The position numbers and the translations under genes are program-made. From contig NC_087245.1 of assembly GCF_037042905.1 (NCBI RefSeq), forward strand, positions 23,066,001-23,130,000: a stretch of 64,000 nucleotides of DNA, read 5' to 3'. Source of the DNA: Lytechinus pictus (taxonomy: Eukaryota). The notes below the pieces were generated by a model. It saw only the letters and a list, made by a program, of their open reading frames with translations, did no database searches and was not told the origin of the DNA. Shown in pieces: positions 11,638 to 24,900 of this stretch (its first letter is position 1; each line of letters starts with the position of its first letter).

Positions 11638-12806
11638 GTAAGTCGACATGTCCCTCTCACAAATCACTATCCAGAGTGTATTGTTTATAGTGACAGTGCT
11701 CACTCACGAAAAGTCGCATTCAAAATAAAAGCACTGTGGTCAAGACAAGCTTAGCTCAAGCTGTCCCAATGTTGTCCTTTTTCAGATTCAATGTCATACC
11801 GTACATACAAGCGGTCATACGCATGCGCACTCATCTGTCTATCACTTACTCTGTTTATTTTTAGTGTAGAGAGGCTTCACGTTTCACATATTTTGTGGGC
11901 GTAGGTTGGTCCTTATAAGGACCATCAAACTCGACGGTTCGACAAATACATGTATGTTCTTGTCGTCTTCAACACAATTTTACAACTTTCTCATTCTCAT
12001 GAAGACGACAAGAAAAGAGTCAATGAAACGTCAAGTTTGGATGGTCCTTTTCAGGGCTAGCAAAATCCACACAGTCCCTCGAAGCCTCTACACTGATTCT
12101 TCGCTATAGAGACCATCGAAAGTCACTCAGCTTTATCTTCCCCCAGGTATTCTCCCCAAAAACGTGGCGGCAGAGACACTTGATCAGATACAGAAAAATC
12201 TTTTATTTGCTCTGATTGCAAAAATAATTTTTAATGGAATACCTCGGTGATTTAGGAAGCGGCTATTCCGTATCCGGGAAGTCCTCGACACTACCGCTGA
12301 TCGCTAGGCCTATTACTTTTCTTCTGTGTTTTAGCTTGTCAGAAAATTCAGATAAATGCAAAATTATTCGTTGAGTGAATTTCCCCTCTAAGAATAAGAT
12401 GTATGTGTGTCATCTTTGATAGAATCTTAGTTCCGCCAGTGTGGTCATATATTGATAATGAATTTTATCTAGAGAGGAATTTTTGTGAATTAAAGACTTA
12501 TTATCATGAAGAAATCATATAGATGAAGGTCGACCGCCAAATAAAATGGTTGATAATTCTTGCATTTGATTATTTTTCTTCATTTTTAGTATATGGATGT
12601 AAAATTGACCGGGGTTCATTTATTCTTTTTTTTTCCCCGGGTTGGAATTGACCATTAAATATTATCTGTTAATATCTGCAATCTATTCAAGACTTATAAG
12701 CTGTACTGGTGCCCACATCAAGTGTTTCAAGAGCTAATTAATATTATTAGTCTTCTCCAGCACCATGGGAACCATAAAATGCCTTTGATTTTCATTTTCA
12801 TAACAG

Positions 12807-12918
12807 CGCCAGCAACGGAGATGCAACCGATGGAGGTGGAACCGGAGACCATGAAGGAAATGGGACCGGGGGCATCGGAGGAGATGATGACAACGGTGAT
12901 AATGGGGGTGCATTTTAA
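12807..12918 (+). CDS. Gene 1 terminal coding exon, Gly/Asp-rich tail (IASNGDATDGGGTGDHEGNGTGGIGGDDDNGDNGGAF*)
   Basis: Acceptor ttttcattttcataacag. Phase-2 entry from exon B2 gives an open frame to TAA at 12916..12918. GC-rich island in AT-rich surroundings. AATAAA at ~13315. Confidence 0.75.
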
Positions 12919-15900
12919 ATGATCCTTGGTCAGCTAAAATCTTCAAATAATATTACAGAATTTTCTATATTTATCAGTAATTATCTTAGATTATTCTGCT
13001 GGTAAAGGTAAAACTACACATCAACATGTATGTTGAATAATTAAAAACCATGCAGCTCTACTTCTACCCAGGTTGACACTTATTCTTTTTTATTCTTTAT
13101 TTGAATCTAATTTAATTTGTTGTCATCTTCAACAACTGTATAGTTGTATTTTACTATTTGTATTACATGTATGTTATCTTTGTAAAGTCACATGGATTGG
13201 AAAGAAAGACCTTCGGGTTATAGTTATTAAGTTAATCTTTTTCCTTTCCTGGCATCCATGTGACTCTCCTATTCCTATTGTTTGTACATGTTGTTTATGT
13301 GTTTGATTATGCCGAATAAATAATAATAATAATTACCTTTAAATGAATATCTAATAATCCCCCTGATTAATGAAAGTACTGTTAGGTAATCATGAATTAT
13401 TTTGTGTGGTGGTAGGGTCTATCAATTCAATTGGACTTAGTAAAATAAGTAATTATTGCCTTTTTTCATAAAATCAATCAATAAAAAATAATCTTATTGA
13501 AGCAGATCCAACAGATCAAAAGGTAAAATTAAATGGAATCAATGTGAATAGACACAAGGTTGAAATAATAGCTGTGAAAACAAGAGGCATCAATATTACC
13601 ATAACATTTACATGTAGGCCTACTTGAATATAGATCACTGAACCAATAATTGGATCAGCCTACTAGTTTTTGATATTTGAAATCGAGCTATGAAGGTACA
13701 TATTTTCATTATCTTTATAAACCGTTGCTCGGCGGTCAGTTGTTGCTATGGTAATTTTAGGGAAATTTATTTCTGACAAGCTTCATGTAACAGCGCTCAG
13801 GTTATTTTATAAAAAATATTAATGGCTTCCACAAAACTAATGAGACAATGAGCAAACTGGGAATAACACTGTATAAGTGTAAAATATGAAATAAAACTCG
13901 AGTAAGAAGTAGAATCAAACCCAAAGTATTTCTTGATAGAGAGTGATGAAGTTCTAACTTAAGCGTATATTGCAATCTATCTAAATTAAGAAGTGGCAGC
14001 ATGTTGAAAACAAAGCTCAGATTCTCCAATGTTTGAACCCAATAATAATTCCTTATATTTTAGGCAAGCACTTACTACTGTATGTTGGCTTGGAGTGAAT
14101 CTGTGTAATCTCATAATAGTCTGCTTCATTATTGGCCCCTCTGATATAGTATCCTCTAATAAAGTATCCCAAAATAACTCGACTCAAGATTTATTATTAT
14201 TGTATTGATACTGTGATTGCGGATGGGATGGCTATTTTTGAAATCGTCTCTGTTGTTTGAATGTACCATACTGTGTATGTTTGTGAGCCTCTACCTGTAA
14301 ACGACAAGTTCGGTAATTACCCATATGTGGAAAATTCATCACATTCCGAGTTTTACACTTTCGGTTTGTTTTATTTTGTTTTAATTTGATTTGATTTATT
14401 CATAATCATATAACTACGGAACCTTTAAAATGACATTTACTTGACGAGATAGTGAGGTATTCTATCTTGCTATGTAGACCTAACACCTTTATTATGTCGA
14501 CATGGCGAGATAGGTTAAGTTACCATGTCGACTATCAAAATGAGAGATACATGTTGTCATGGCCAGATGCGTTATCGTTACATGTACGTTTATCGTCATG
14601 TCGACATACATTTTTTTAAAAGCTGACAAGGCAATATAAGCTATCTCGCCATGTTGACATGTTAAGGCTTTTACAAGGGCGTAGGCTGGTTGGAGAGCAT
14701 GGGGAGGTGGAACTAAAGTGGCATAGGGTGCACATCTTGGGGAGGTGAACTAAAGTTTGGAAAATCAGCTTTTGAAAGCAAAAGAATGGGTACAAATTTC
14801 GTTTTGCTTGCCAGTGCCGGAATTACCAGCCTTCGCCCTTGTATTAAATCAGCATGGAAAGATAATCGCCATCTCGTCTAGTAAATGGCGAATTTATGTT
14901 TCCATAGGTTTAGCCAAGTGCTGAGAGTGATGGAGGATTTTCAATCCCTCTTCAAATATAAAGAAGTTTTTTTTTAATTATTGAGTAAAGTTATTATGAC
15001 GAACGAGTGGTTGAACGTTACAATGTATATCAACATGCTTGAAAAACAGTGTATGTTGATGCGTGTGTGATGTTAGGATGGGGGAGTGTGTGTCAGGGGT
15101 GTGTGCGTGTGTGTACATGTAGGTATTTGATGGCGGAGTTGCTTTCTATGTTTTTATCTAAAACAATAGTCACAGAGTTATACCTTTTAAACTGAGGGGG
15201 GGGGGGGGATTTGTATATTCATGAAACAAAGTGAGAAGGAAGAAAGATGAGATATTTTGGAAGAAAAGAGACCGAATGATATTTGGGGGAAAGATGAGAA
15301 ACTCCACCTTTCCTCTCAAATGTAGGGTAGTATGATCTCGTACTTCTCAGAATCGAATAAAGTTCAACTTTCTCCCAGTTCCCCTTTGTCCATAATAAGA
15401 CCACTGGTCCTTAACATCTCTCTCACCCCTCTTACCAACATTGTTTGCCTCACAAGCGTATACCCTCCCTATAAAAAAAAAGATACAGATCAAGAGCCCA
15501 ATACTCTCCTTCATTCCCTGACATATTCGAGATCTTTCTTTCACTTTTCCATTCACATCTTTCCTGAAAAGAATTAAATTGTATAGGTTAAACATGCCTT
15601 ACAAAAATATTTTTGATTGTGATTAACGTTAGATGAGTTACATTTGTTTCTTTACGTAACTCCATACTATTTCTTAAACATCATTTAGGACTGAAGTATC
15701 TTTTGGGAAAATACCTTTTGACTTTCAGCTGAAACCCTCCGTCAGATTTTTTTTTCACACAATGTTTTATTCTGCTTTTATCCAGACTTGAATTTCAGTA
15801 TAACAATCTACGTTAGAGGGCGACACGTCATAAACTGGCTGGTAGTAGAAAAAAAATCAACACCAAAGGAACTCAATTCGATACAATTATTTGAAACCGA

Positions 15901-15991
15901 TATTACATTTTTCATGACATATTCAGTAACAAGTCAATTAAAAAAAAACTTTCCTTATTTTCCCTCCCAAAAGGAAACGTCTTAGCCCAGG

Positions 15992-16820
15992 CCCGCCCGC
16001 GAATTTATTTTTCCCTACATGAGTTCCGGACCCCAAAATGAATTGCGTCTTCGGAATAAGAGTGCGCGTGGACTTGATCTTTACAAAATCGTGGTCGTTC
16101 GCAATGCATGTCATGAATGAATCAGCACCCTCGAATTGCCGGTACCCTTTATATATAGGCCTTACTCCTTAGGCTTAGATCTATATCTACATCCAATTCT
16201 TAAACATTTATAAAATTGCCATTAATGGCAAGACAAAATGCTAGGCCAGGCTATGGCTAGCCTAGGTTAGGGCATTAACTTTATCTCATTGGTCTAACGT
16301 AAGTAAATGTTATAATCGGAATTAACCAGTTATAAGTTAACCATGGCATTATTCGGCTGCAGGCATTAGACAGGTCCAGGGTCCGTTAACACAAAGGTTA
16401 GCGATTGATCGTATGCTTGATTTTGCGACTGATTTTACATTGTAGTCAATGCAATCAATCGTAGATGATTTCTACGACCAATGCTAAGCTTTGTGTTACG
16501 GCCCCCAAATATGAGATAACAAAAAGTTAATGCCCTAGCCTAGGCTAGCAATAGCCTAGCCTACCCTAGCATTTTTTCTAGTCATTAATGACAATTTCAT
16601 AAGTGTTTAAGAATTGGATCTAGATATAGATCTAAACCTAATGCCTTTATAAGTTTGCCGGCAATTTGAGGGTGCTGCATTATACGTGCTGGCAACGCGA
16701 ACGACCACAATTTTGTCACTTAGTGCAACGCACATGCGTATTCATATTCCGAAGACGCAAGTCATGAATATTCATATTCGGGTCCGGAACTCGTTTTGGA
16801 AAAATGATTTCGCGGACGCC
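15992..16820. mobile_element. Foldback-type element with ~290-bp imperfect inverted arms and a small inner MITE (~16377..16506)
   Basis: Mirror pairs: gagttccggaccc / gggtccggaactc, ttgcgtcttcggaat / attccgaagacgcaa, tccaattcttaaaca / tgtttaagaattgga, tagcctaggttagggcattaactt / aagttaatgccctagcctaggcta. Confidence 0.75.
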
Positions 16821-16840
16821 CCACCCATCACAACACACAC

Positions 16841-17003
16841 CAGGGGAGTGTTTCATCAACATTTTCATCCGACAAGTTGTCTGATCTTACATCTTTCTCT
16901 GATGTTGATTGGCTGAGAGGTACTGTTACTATGGTAACTGTCGGATAAAATGGGACTTGTCGGATAAAACGTCCGACAAGTCCTTTCATGAAACGCCCCC
17001 CAG
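16841..17003. mobile_element. ~160-bp MITE, near-identical inverted copy at 36935..37098
   Basis: Termini ggggagtgtttcat / atgaaacgcccccc. The two copies give identical spurious peptides in the ORF track. Confidence 0.85.
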
Positions 17004-18454
17004 TAAACCTAACCTGCAAATACACACCTGTTTTTATTACACACCCATCCTCAAACACAAACATACCCCATCCTCAACACATACCTACACACACCCACAC
17101 ACATCCACACATATTGCAAATTATAACTTATGTGACAAGACATGGCAAAACCACAAAAACTCGGCAGAAGTTAATTTGTAGTTGAATACCCAACTGGAAA
17201 AGGAGAATATCGGCTTTAAAAATGATATAAATTTATAAATAACTATGGACGTGCAAGGTGGCAAAAAGGAAAATAACTCATTCAAATCATCGTAGAAGAG
17301 GTCATATAATTAGCTTCAAATTAGTCCCACTAATAAAAAAATAGGCCCATCCTCTTCTTGATTACAGAAAAGTTTCAATGGAAGATCTAATCCAATTTTG
17401 ATTTAATGGAGTTCAAAATAGAGGGAATACTTTGGTTTTGAGGAAGACGAATACATTGCAAAAAGATTTGAAAAAGACTGAATATGGGTCGAACTAAAAC
17501 TTTCAAATGAGTAATTTTGGTTTGTTTGGTTCATCATTTTTTTTATAATCGATAGTGAAAACAATCTTTCCAGAAATACTAAAAACTGCATTTTGACCAT
17601 ACTGACCAACACAACTTTTAATGTCCTACTACTGAAAATCTCACTGTGCGGCTCTTTTTTTTATTTAAGATGGCAAATTGCATGTAGTTTATTAAAAAAA
17701 AAGATACACCTCCAGACATTTCGGACCAAAGGTAAGCACACATAAATTTGGGCAACAAATAGAAAGGAAATAAGCACAGCATAAAAAAACTCGTATCCTT
17801 TTGAAATTGAAAAAAAAAGGATGAACATTTGTTCCTAAATGTTCGCGCACTAATTCAAGATTACATATGTCAATAATCATGATAATATTTTCACATAAAA
17901 TCCTTATTTTGAAGCAATTACCTCTGTCAACTATACCGCCAACTTTACTGTACATATTTCTTGTCAAAATTACAATGGTCCATATTACAATGTAAAAAAT
18001 AAATCATTTCATGCAAGTCATTTTCATGAAATTGAGAGCACTGAATACATTTCCTGTTGTCATCAAATTCAATACTATATGAACAGGGGTCGGTGGCCAG
18101 GGGGGCAAGAGCCAACAATTTTCCGGTCATATCATGATATGAACATAATTTTTTATGATTGTGCCCCGAGCATTAGAGCGAAGCTCAATGCGTGATAAGT
18201 ACCCCCCCAAAAAAAAAAAAAAATAGGGGGCACAGCGTGGCGCGCACAGCAAAAAGTTGCTTGATATAAGTCCCGAGCGAGCGAAGCGAGCGAGAAAAAA
18301 AATCATCTTTTCATGAGAATCTAACTTTGAGATTGATTTGGACATGGTATTCAGAAAATAACATCATATCTTACATCTTCCTTTCCTTTCTTTCATCTTT
18401 TCTTTGCAGTTGTAGAACTTTTGGGGGCCAGTGCTATGCGGATCGGGTCCGGGG

Positions 18455-19246
18455 CAATGGCGGCCCCAGGATTTTTAACTTCGTGGGAGGAAAAAAATCA
18501 TTGGGGTGGGGGGCGGGTCAACACTCAAATGTTTTGCCTATTTCTCAAAATCGAGCAAGAAGCGCGAGCTATTATTTTTTAATGTAGACCCTATGCTGAC
18601 TTGAAAAGGGACCTGTTAAGGACTAGCTGTTTGCATTGGGTCATGAAGATGATATCTCACCAAATAAATAATGCGAGCGCGAAGCGCGAGCTGAAAATTT
18701 TTGACATCCTGAGATGATAACTGGACGTTCTATAAACATTTTTTTTAATCGTGAACTGGATGGCTATTTAATTAAACTTTTAATGCGAGCGCGTAGCGCG
18801 AGCTGAAATTTTTTTATTTATGAAATTTATGAGTACGCAGGATGCGTATCTCGCTAAAACGAACAATGAAAACTCTAATAGCGAGAAGCATATTGACTTG
18901 AACATTGGATTTTTAAGCCTCAGTTGAACAGATAATTTACTTATCTCAGTCAACAGCTACTGCGAGCGTGTATAGCGCGGGCCGAGCGCGGGCGACATTT
19001 TGAATTTTATATAATGACCTGAAATATTTAAGTTAGTGACAACAAATATTGGGACCTAACAGTGGATGGATGAGAAAATTTTCAAAATGTAAGGAACGAA
19101 AAAGCTGTTTTTGAGCACTTTGCAGCTTTAGTAGGATGCTTATGACAACATTTACTATACATTTTTTTATTTTTCAAAATTTCGGGGGTGGGGCCAACTC
19201 ACTGGGGGCAAATGCCTCCCGTGCCTCCACCTTGGTGCCGCCACTG
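18455..19246. mobile_element. hAT-like non-autonomous element within a larger composite repeat region (~18084..20180)
   Basis: Termini CAATGGCGGC / GCCGCCACTG. Near-perfect 8-bp TSD GTCCGGGG / GTCTGGGG. Contains GCGAAGC motifs. Confidence 0.7.
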
Positions 19247-21999
19247 GTCTGGGGCGGAGCCCCCAGAACCCCGTGATATTTTTAAACATTGCAGATGGCC
19301 ACCGTTTTATCGAATCGCGGGTACATACAAAACACATATTAACTTCAACGCAGTTGCGGATAATAAACTAAATATTTTGAGGCACCACAACATAACGAAT
19401 GTGGCAAAAATGGTAAAAGTCGCCAGCGAGCGATGTGAGCCAGAAAAAATTGGACTTTAAAAATGATTACATTCTACTTATTTGATAGTAGCTTTGGAAA
19501 TGTAGCCAAAGTAAACAGGCTTTTTACGGTAAATCTAGCCAGCGCAAGGCTTTACTTAGGTTAGGACATAATATCGGGGGATATAACTAGCCCTTGGCTA
19601 ACCCTACTTTGGCTAAGGATATTTCCCGGGATTGTTTGTCCTGCTTGTGACCATTATTGCACAAAATTTAGCAAGCTTATAATAGACGCCACCCACATTT
19701 CTTCCCGTTCTTTATATTTTTCAATCCTCGGCAACTCGGTCTTGTTATTAAGTTATTCTCTTTTTTTTCTCGTCCCTTTTCTCTATATTTTGATTTTCCA
19801 ATTAAGCTTTTGGTTCTACCTTCATTTTCCGTTTCTTTCTGCCTCTTTCCCCCATTTTCCCGCCATTCTTGCCCGTGCCATTGAGTCATATCTTTTGATT
19901 TTATATCCCTCTCTTGTTAATCATGCTAATGTATTAGTTTTTCAGGATATTTGTACTTCCACATGTGTTCTTCTTTCCTTTTCCCGCTTTCATTCCATCT
20001 TCCCTATTTATGTTCTTTCCCTTTCCCTCTCTTTTCATTTTTCCCTTTACCTTTCCCTTTTTTCTTTTTCTTTCCCTTTCCCCCTTTCTCTTTTCCCCGT
20101 TTTTTTATTTTCCCAGTGAAATCCACCAAGGGGGGGGGGCAGCTTGCCCCCCTGCCCCCCCCCCGCCTGTTACGCCACTGTTAATAGGAACGTTACATAA
20201 TTTTCTACGAGTCTCGGATAACCCTTTAAGTTCAATTATTTTTGTCATTGAGACACGTCGATTATTTTGCATATTAATACAAATAAGGAATTTATTTTTT
20301 TCTCAGCTGTTAACGTATAACTTGCTAGTGTCAATCCATTTTAATTGGGTCAAACATAACTTCCGTGAGCATCTTCATGACTTCTGGCGGTATCTTTTGA
20401 GGAAAGATTTATAATTATTGCAAATTCAATATAATCATATTGACAAAAGGGATTCTTTGTCTTGAAGGAGGAGCGAAGTGACCAACAGTATGTAAAGTCT
20501 TCATTGATTGTGTTTTATAAATGGCTGGTATTAATATACGTGTATAGAAGAGAGTAATTGTTTCGCCACTCGGTTACACAATTACTGCGGTATGAATATT
20601 GATTGATTGATTGATTCATTTATTTCCACATTTCATAAGAAAAAAAAATATCAAAACGGTGCATAAATGGCATCACATAATTCAGTACATTATATATATC
20701 GGATATATAGGAACCAGGAAGAGGAAGGAGCAGTCAACGACTGCAGACAACGTCAACAAAAGAGCAAAGACAAACACTGTAGATACATCTTCTACAGACA
20801 TTGTAAGCAGCCAAAATGTGGCAAAATACCAGACATTGAATAGAAAGAAAGAACACGACAAGACCATCAAGAACAAAAGTGAGCCAGGTACGAACCGTAA
20901 AAACTCAACAACTGTAAGTCTAGGAACCTTGAATGTACGTACAATGAGGACAGCAGGCAACTGGGATATTCTAGTTGATAAAATGAAGAAGTTTAATCTT
21001 GATATCCTGGGTCTAAGTGAAACACACCTCACTGGTTCTGAGACATTTACAGAGAAAGAGGAATTCACCATCCTGCTGTCAAGTAGAAGAGACATCAGTC
21101 GAGAAGGTGTGGGAATAGTGATTTCAAAAAGACTGTCGCCATGCTTGGAGTCATATGAAGCTGTCTCCCCAAGAATCATCACAGCAAAGATCAAGATGAA
21201 CGACGGCATGTTGAATATTGTCCAAGTGTATGCCCCCACAACCGCTTACAGTGATGGAGAAAATGACAAATTCTATGATATACTACAATTTAACCTACAA
21301 AAGATCCCTAAGAAGGAGAATATTATTCTAATGGGAGATTTTAACACTAAAGTAGGAACAGACTTTGGAACATGGGCCCCAGCATTGGGAAAGTATGGTC
21401 TGGGGCAGATCAACAGCAGAGGAGAGAAACTGCTGGAATTCTGCATGTTCCACAAACTGGCTGTGTGTAACACCTACTTCCAACACAAAGATTGCAGGAA
21501 GTCAACATGGACATCTCCTTGTGGCCAATACAAGAACCAGATCGACTTCATTATGAAGAAAGTGGAAAATACTAAGTTGTTTCAGAACTGCAGGTCTTTC
21601 TGATCAGCCGATATAGGGTCAGACCACAACTTAGTAATAGGGAACGTCAATTTCCACCATAAAAAGGTCAAGAAACAAAAACACTTCCAATGATATAAAA
21701 TGTCTGTAGACTCCATGATCCTGTCATTAAGGAAGAGTTCCAAGCCAAGATCGGTGGTGCATTTGAACCACTTCTCCAACTCCCAGACACAGATGTCGAA
21801 GGACTGTGGGCTAAATTCCGTGACACTACTAACACCATAACGGAAGAGATAGTTGGATTCAAGAAATCTAAGGAAGTGAAAGGTCTCCCGGAGGATGTAA
21901 GAAAAGCTTGTGAGCAGCGACGGAAAGCGAGAACGCTTTGGCTAAATAACCCCAGCACAAAGAATAAGAAAACTTACAAAACAATTAACAAGAAAGTTT

Positions 22000-24900
22000 T
22001 TTTTTTTTTGTAAAATAACCATTGCTGGTCTTCTTTATTCATTAAACAAAATATATTCACAGTGTTAACATTTGCCTCCATTTCTGGAGGGAAATACATG
22101 GTTTTCTGGATTTCACATTTTCTTCTATCTGTAAACGATATCTTAATAGGTAAAACAAAATATTAAACAGCCTTTGAATCGTTATTTTCCTTTTAGATTC
22201 TTTTCCAGCGAAACATTTATAAATGGTATATAAAGCATAATTCAAAATTATATCTACATCATTTTTTTCTTTTGATCTAAATGAAATTCCTGATGATATT
22301 TGACATGGCTGGAAATGAAAATTTGGCAAAATATATTTTTGTACATTTTCTTCAACTTTTTTCCAAAATATTATCATTATGTTACAAGAGAAAAACATAT
22401 GACTGCAATCACCTTTTTGATCACAGTAAAAACATTGGTCATTTTCTTTTAATTTCCATCTAAAAAGGTTAGCTGGTGTTGCCAAAATATTATACATGAA
22501 CTTAAAATTAAAATTGACCAGTACATTGTCCTTAACTAACTTTAACTTAAATAACCAAACATATCTCCAAATTGGTAAACAGTCAAATACTAAGGTATTA
22601 CACCAAAATTCCTCTGCTCTAGATTCTTCAGTTTTTACTTGGATCAATTCATAATATATTTTCCTAACTGTCAATTTACTTAATGAAATAATACTATCAA
22701 CCAATTTAATATCATTATATACATTAACATTGGATCTAAATTCCGAATACTTCTTTTGTAATAAACTTGTATTAGAAAAAAGAGACATGTTGCCACATAA
22801 CTCAATAGCCTGTCGTATACGAGCATACTGACTGTACCACCTTCCGTCCTTAACTACTATTTTAGCGCTAATCTTATCTATAGGTAGAAAACCCTTATCA
22901 TCCATTAAATCCCCCACAAACAAAATATCAGAGTTTATCCAATTCATATAAAATAACATTTTCCCTTTGTATAAGATATTCAAATTCAAATTCAAATTCA
23001 TTTATTTCACTTCCATCAAACAAAAACAAATTGTATACCATATATAAAACATAAATATTTGTATCCGTTGCAAACAAAATTAATTATACATATGTAGTGA
23101 AAAAAAAAAAAAACACTTAGACGATTTGGGCAACACATTGTAGGTTTTAAATATATATACTATTTTTCAATATAAATTAAATTAAGATGGAAATGGAGGG
23201 ACCCACTAAAAAGCAATGCTTGTACAATGTGGGCCCCTCAAGAAATAGATAACACAACAAATAACAAAATGACAAAATATCTTTATTTAGCCAAATCATT
23301 TCTTTTTTATAATTATCCTGTATATCTGCTTGAATATTTCTTGAATAGTTATACCTTTTTAATAAGAAAAACGTTGATATCAAGTTATAATAGAAATAAG
23401 GCATCCTGTTTTCCAAAAAACATTTGTTTTTAATATTATATTTACAATTCATAATAACTTTTATACCACCCAGTTGCTGAAACCAGTAATCAAACATACA
23501 TTTACATCCAGGGTTTAACTCATCACTCAAATATTTACAAAGCCAAAATAAATTCAACGACGCAACTTTTGTTTCAACATCTAACATATTTAGGCCACCT
23601 TCCTCTATTGTACTTACTACATTAGTCCGTTTAACCTTTGCGGGTCGTCCTTTCCATAAGAAATTAAAAAATAATTTATCGAGCTCCTTTACTATTTCTT
23701 TAGGACAAGAAAGAACTTGTGTTGTATAAATTATTTTCGACATAATCAACGATTTTAATATTAAAATTTTCCCTCTTAACGTAAGGTTTCTCTGTTTCCA
23801 TATTTGTAACAACTGTTTAATTTTTAATATTCTTTGTTCAGACCAATTCATTTCCAAACTTAAATGCTTCTTTTTGCAAAAATAAATACCAAGAGACTTA
23901 ACATGAACGTCCTCCCATAATATGTTTCCAATATTGTTTGTCGGATTGTCGTTTCCCAGCCAAATAGATTTTGTTTTGTTTTCATTTAAATGAATTCCAG
24001 AATATGTTTCAAAGTTTATAATGATATTAATAGCTGTATTGCCTGATATAACTGTCCTAACAAATAATGTCATATCATCTGCTAACTGCAGTATCTTAAA
24101 AGTATTCTTATTTTCATGTTTGTAACCAATGCTCAAACCTATGATATTATTATTTTGTCTTATCTGATTTGCAAGGGTTTCAATGCAAAGTATAAATATT
24201 AATGCGGATAAGGGACAGCCCTGTCTTATACCCCGCGATGGCTTTATATCTCTTGTTAACCAGCCATTCGTTAATATATTAAGATGGGGATCATTATATA
24301 TAAGTGAAATCCATTTCCTGAAACTATCTTTAAAACCATATATCTTTAAACAAGCATCAATAAACTTCCATTCTAACGTATCGAATGCTTTCTGAAAATC
24401 GGCAAATATAATTGCACCATCGGTTTTGTTAAAAATGCTATAATCTATAACATCCTGGATTATTCTGGCATTATAAATACCACTCCTGCCCTTGATATAA
24501 CCTACTTGGTCTTCATTAATTAAATGAGTTAAAATATTTTGGAGTCTGTTTGATAGTACTGTAGCAAGTATTTTGTAATCAGTATTAAGTAATGTAATTG
24601 GTCGCCAGTTACCCAATTCCATCAAGTCTCCACCTTTAAATAACAAAGTTACAACACCCTTTCTCTGCAAAAAACTAAGCTTACCTTTGCTATAACCTTC
24701 ATTTAAACTATCTACAACAAGATCTTGTATATCAACCCAAAATTCCCTAAAAAACTCTACTGTAAATCCATCGATACCGGGTGTTTTATTGAGACTCATT
24801 TCCTTTAACGCATTTGTGGCATCTTTAATTGAGATCAGTCCCTCGCATTCTTCGGCTTCACTGCCACATAAATGAGGATGATTAATTTCTTTAAGATACG

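Noticed and set aside
12722..12946. Met/Glu-rich (+) and His-rich (-) ORFs
   Set aside because: Alternative frames over the terminal exon. Phase 2 from exon B2 selects the Gly/Asp frame.
19742..20414. Phe/Leu/Ser-rich ORFs resembling membrane proteins
   Set aside because: Translations of a pyrimidine-rich low-complexity tract inside a repeat element; the same applies to 8938..9295.
20682..21239. 185-aa minus-strand ORF
   Set aside because: Antisense shadow of the RTE endonuclease ORF.
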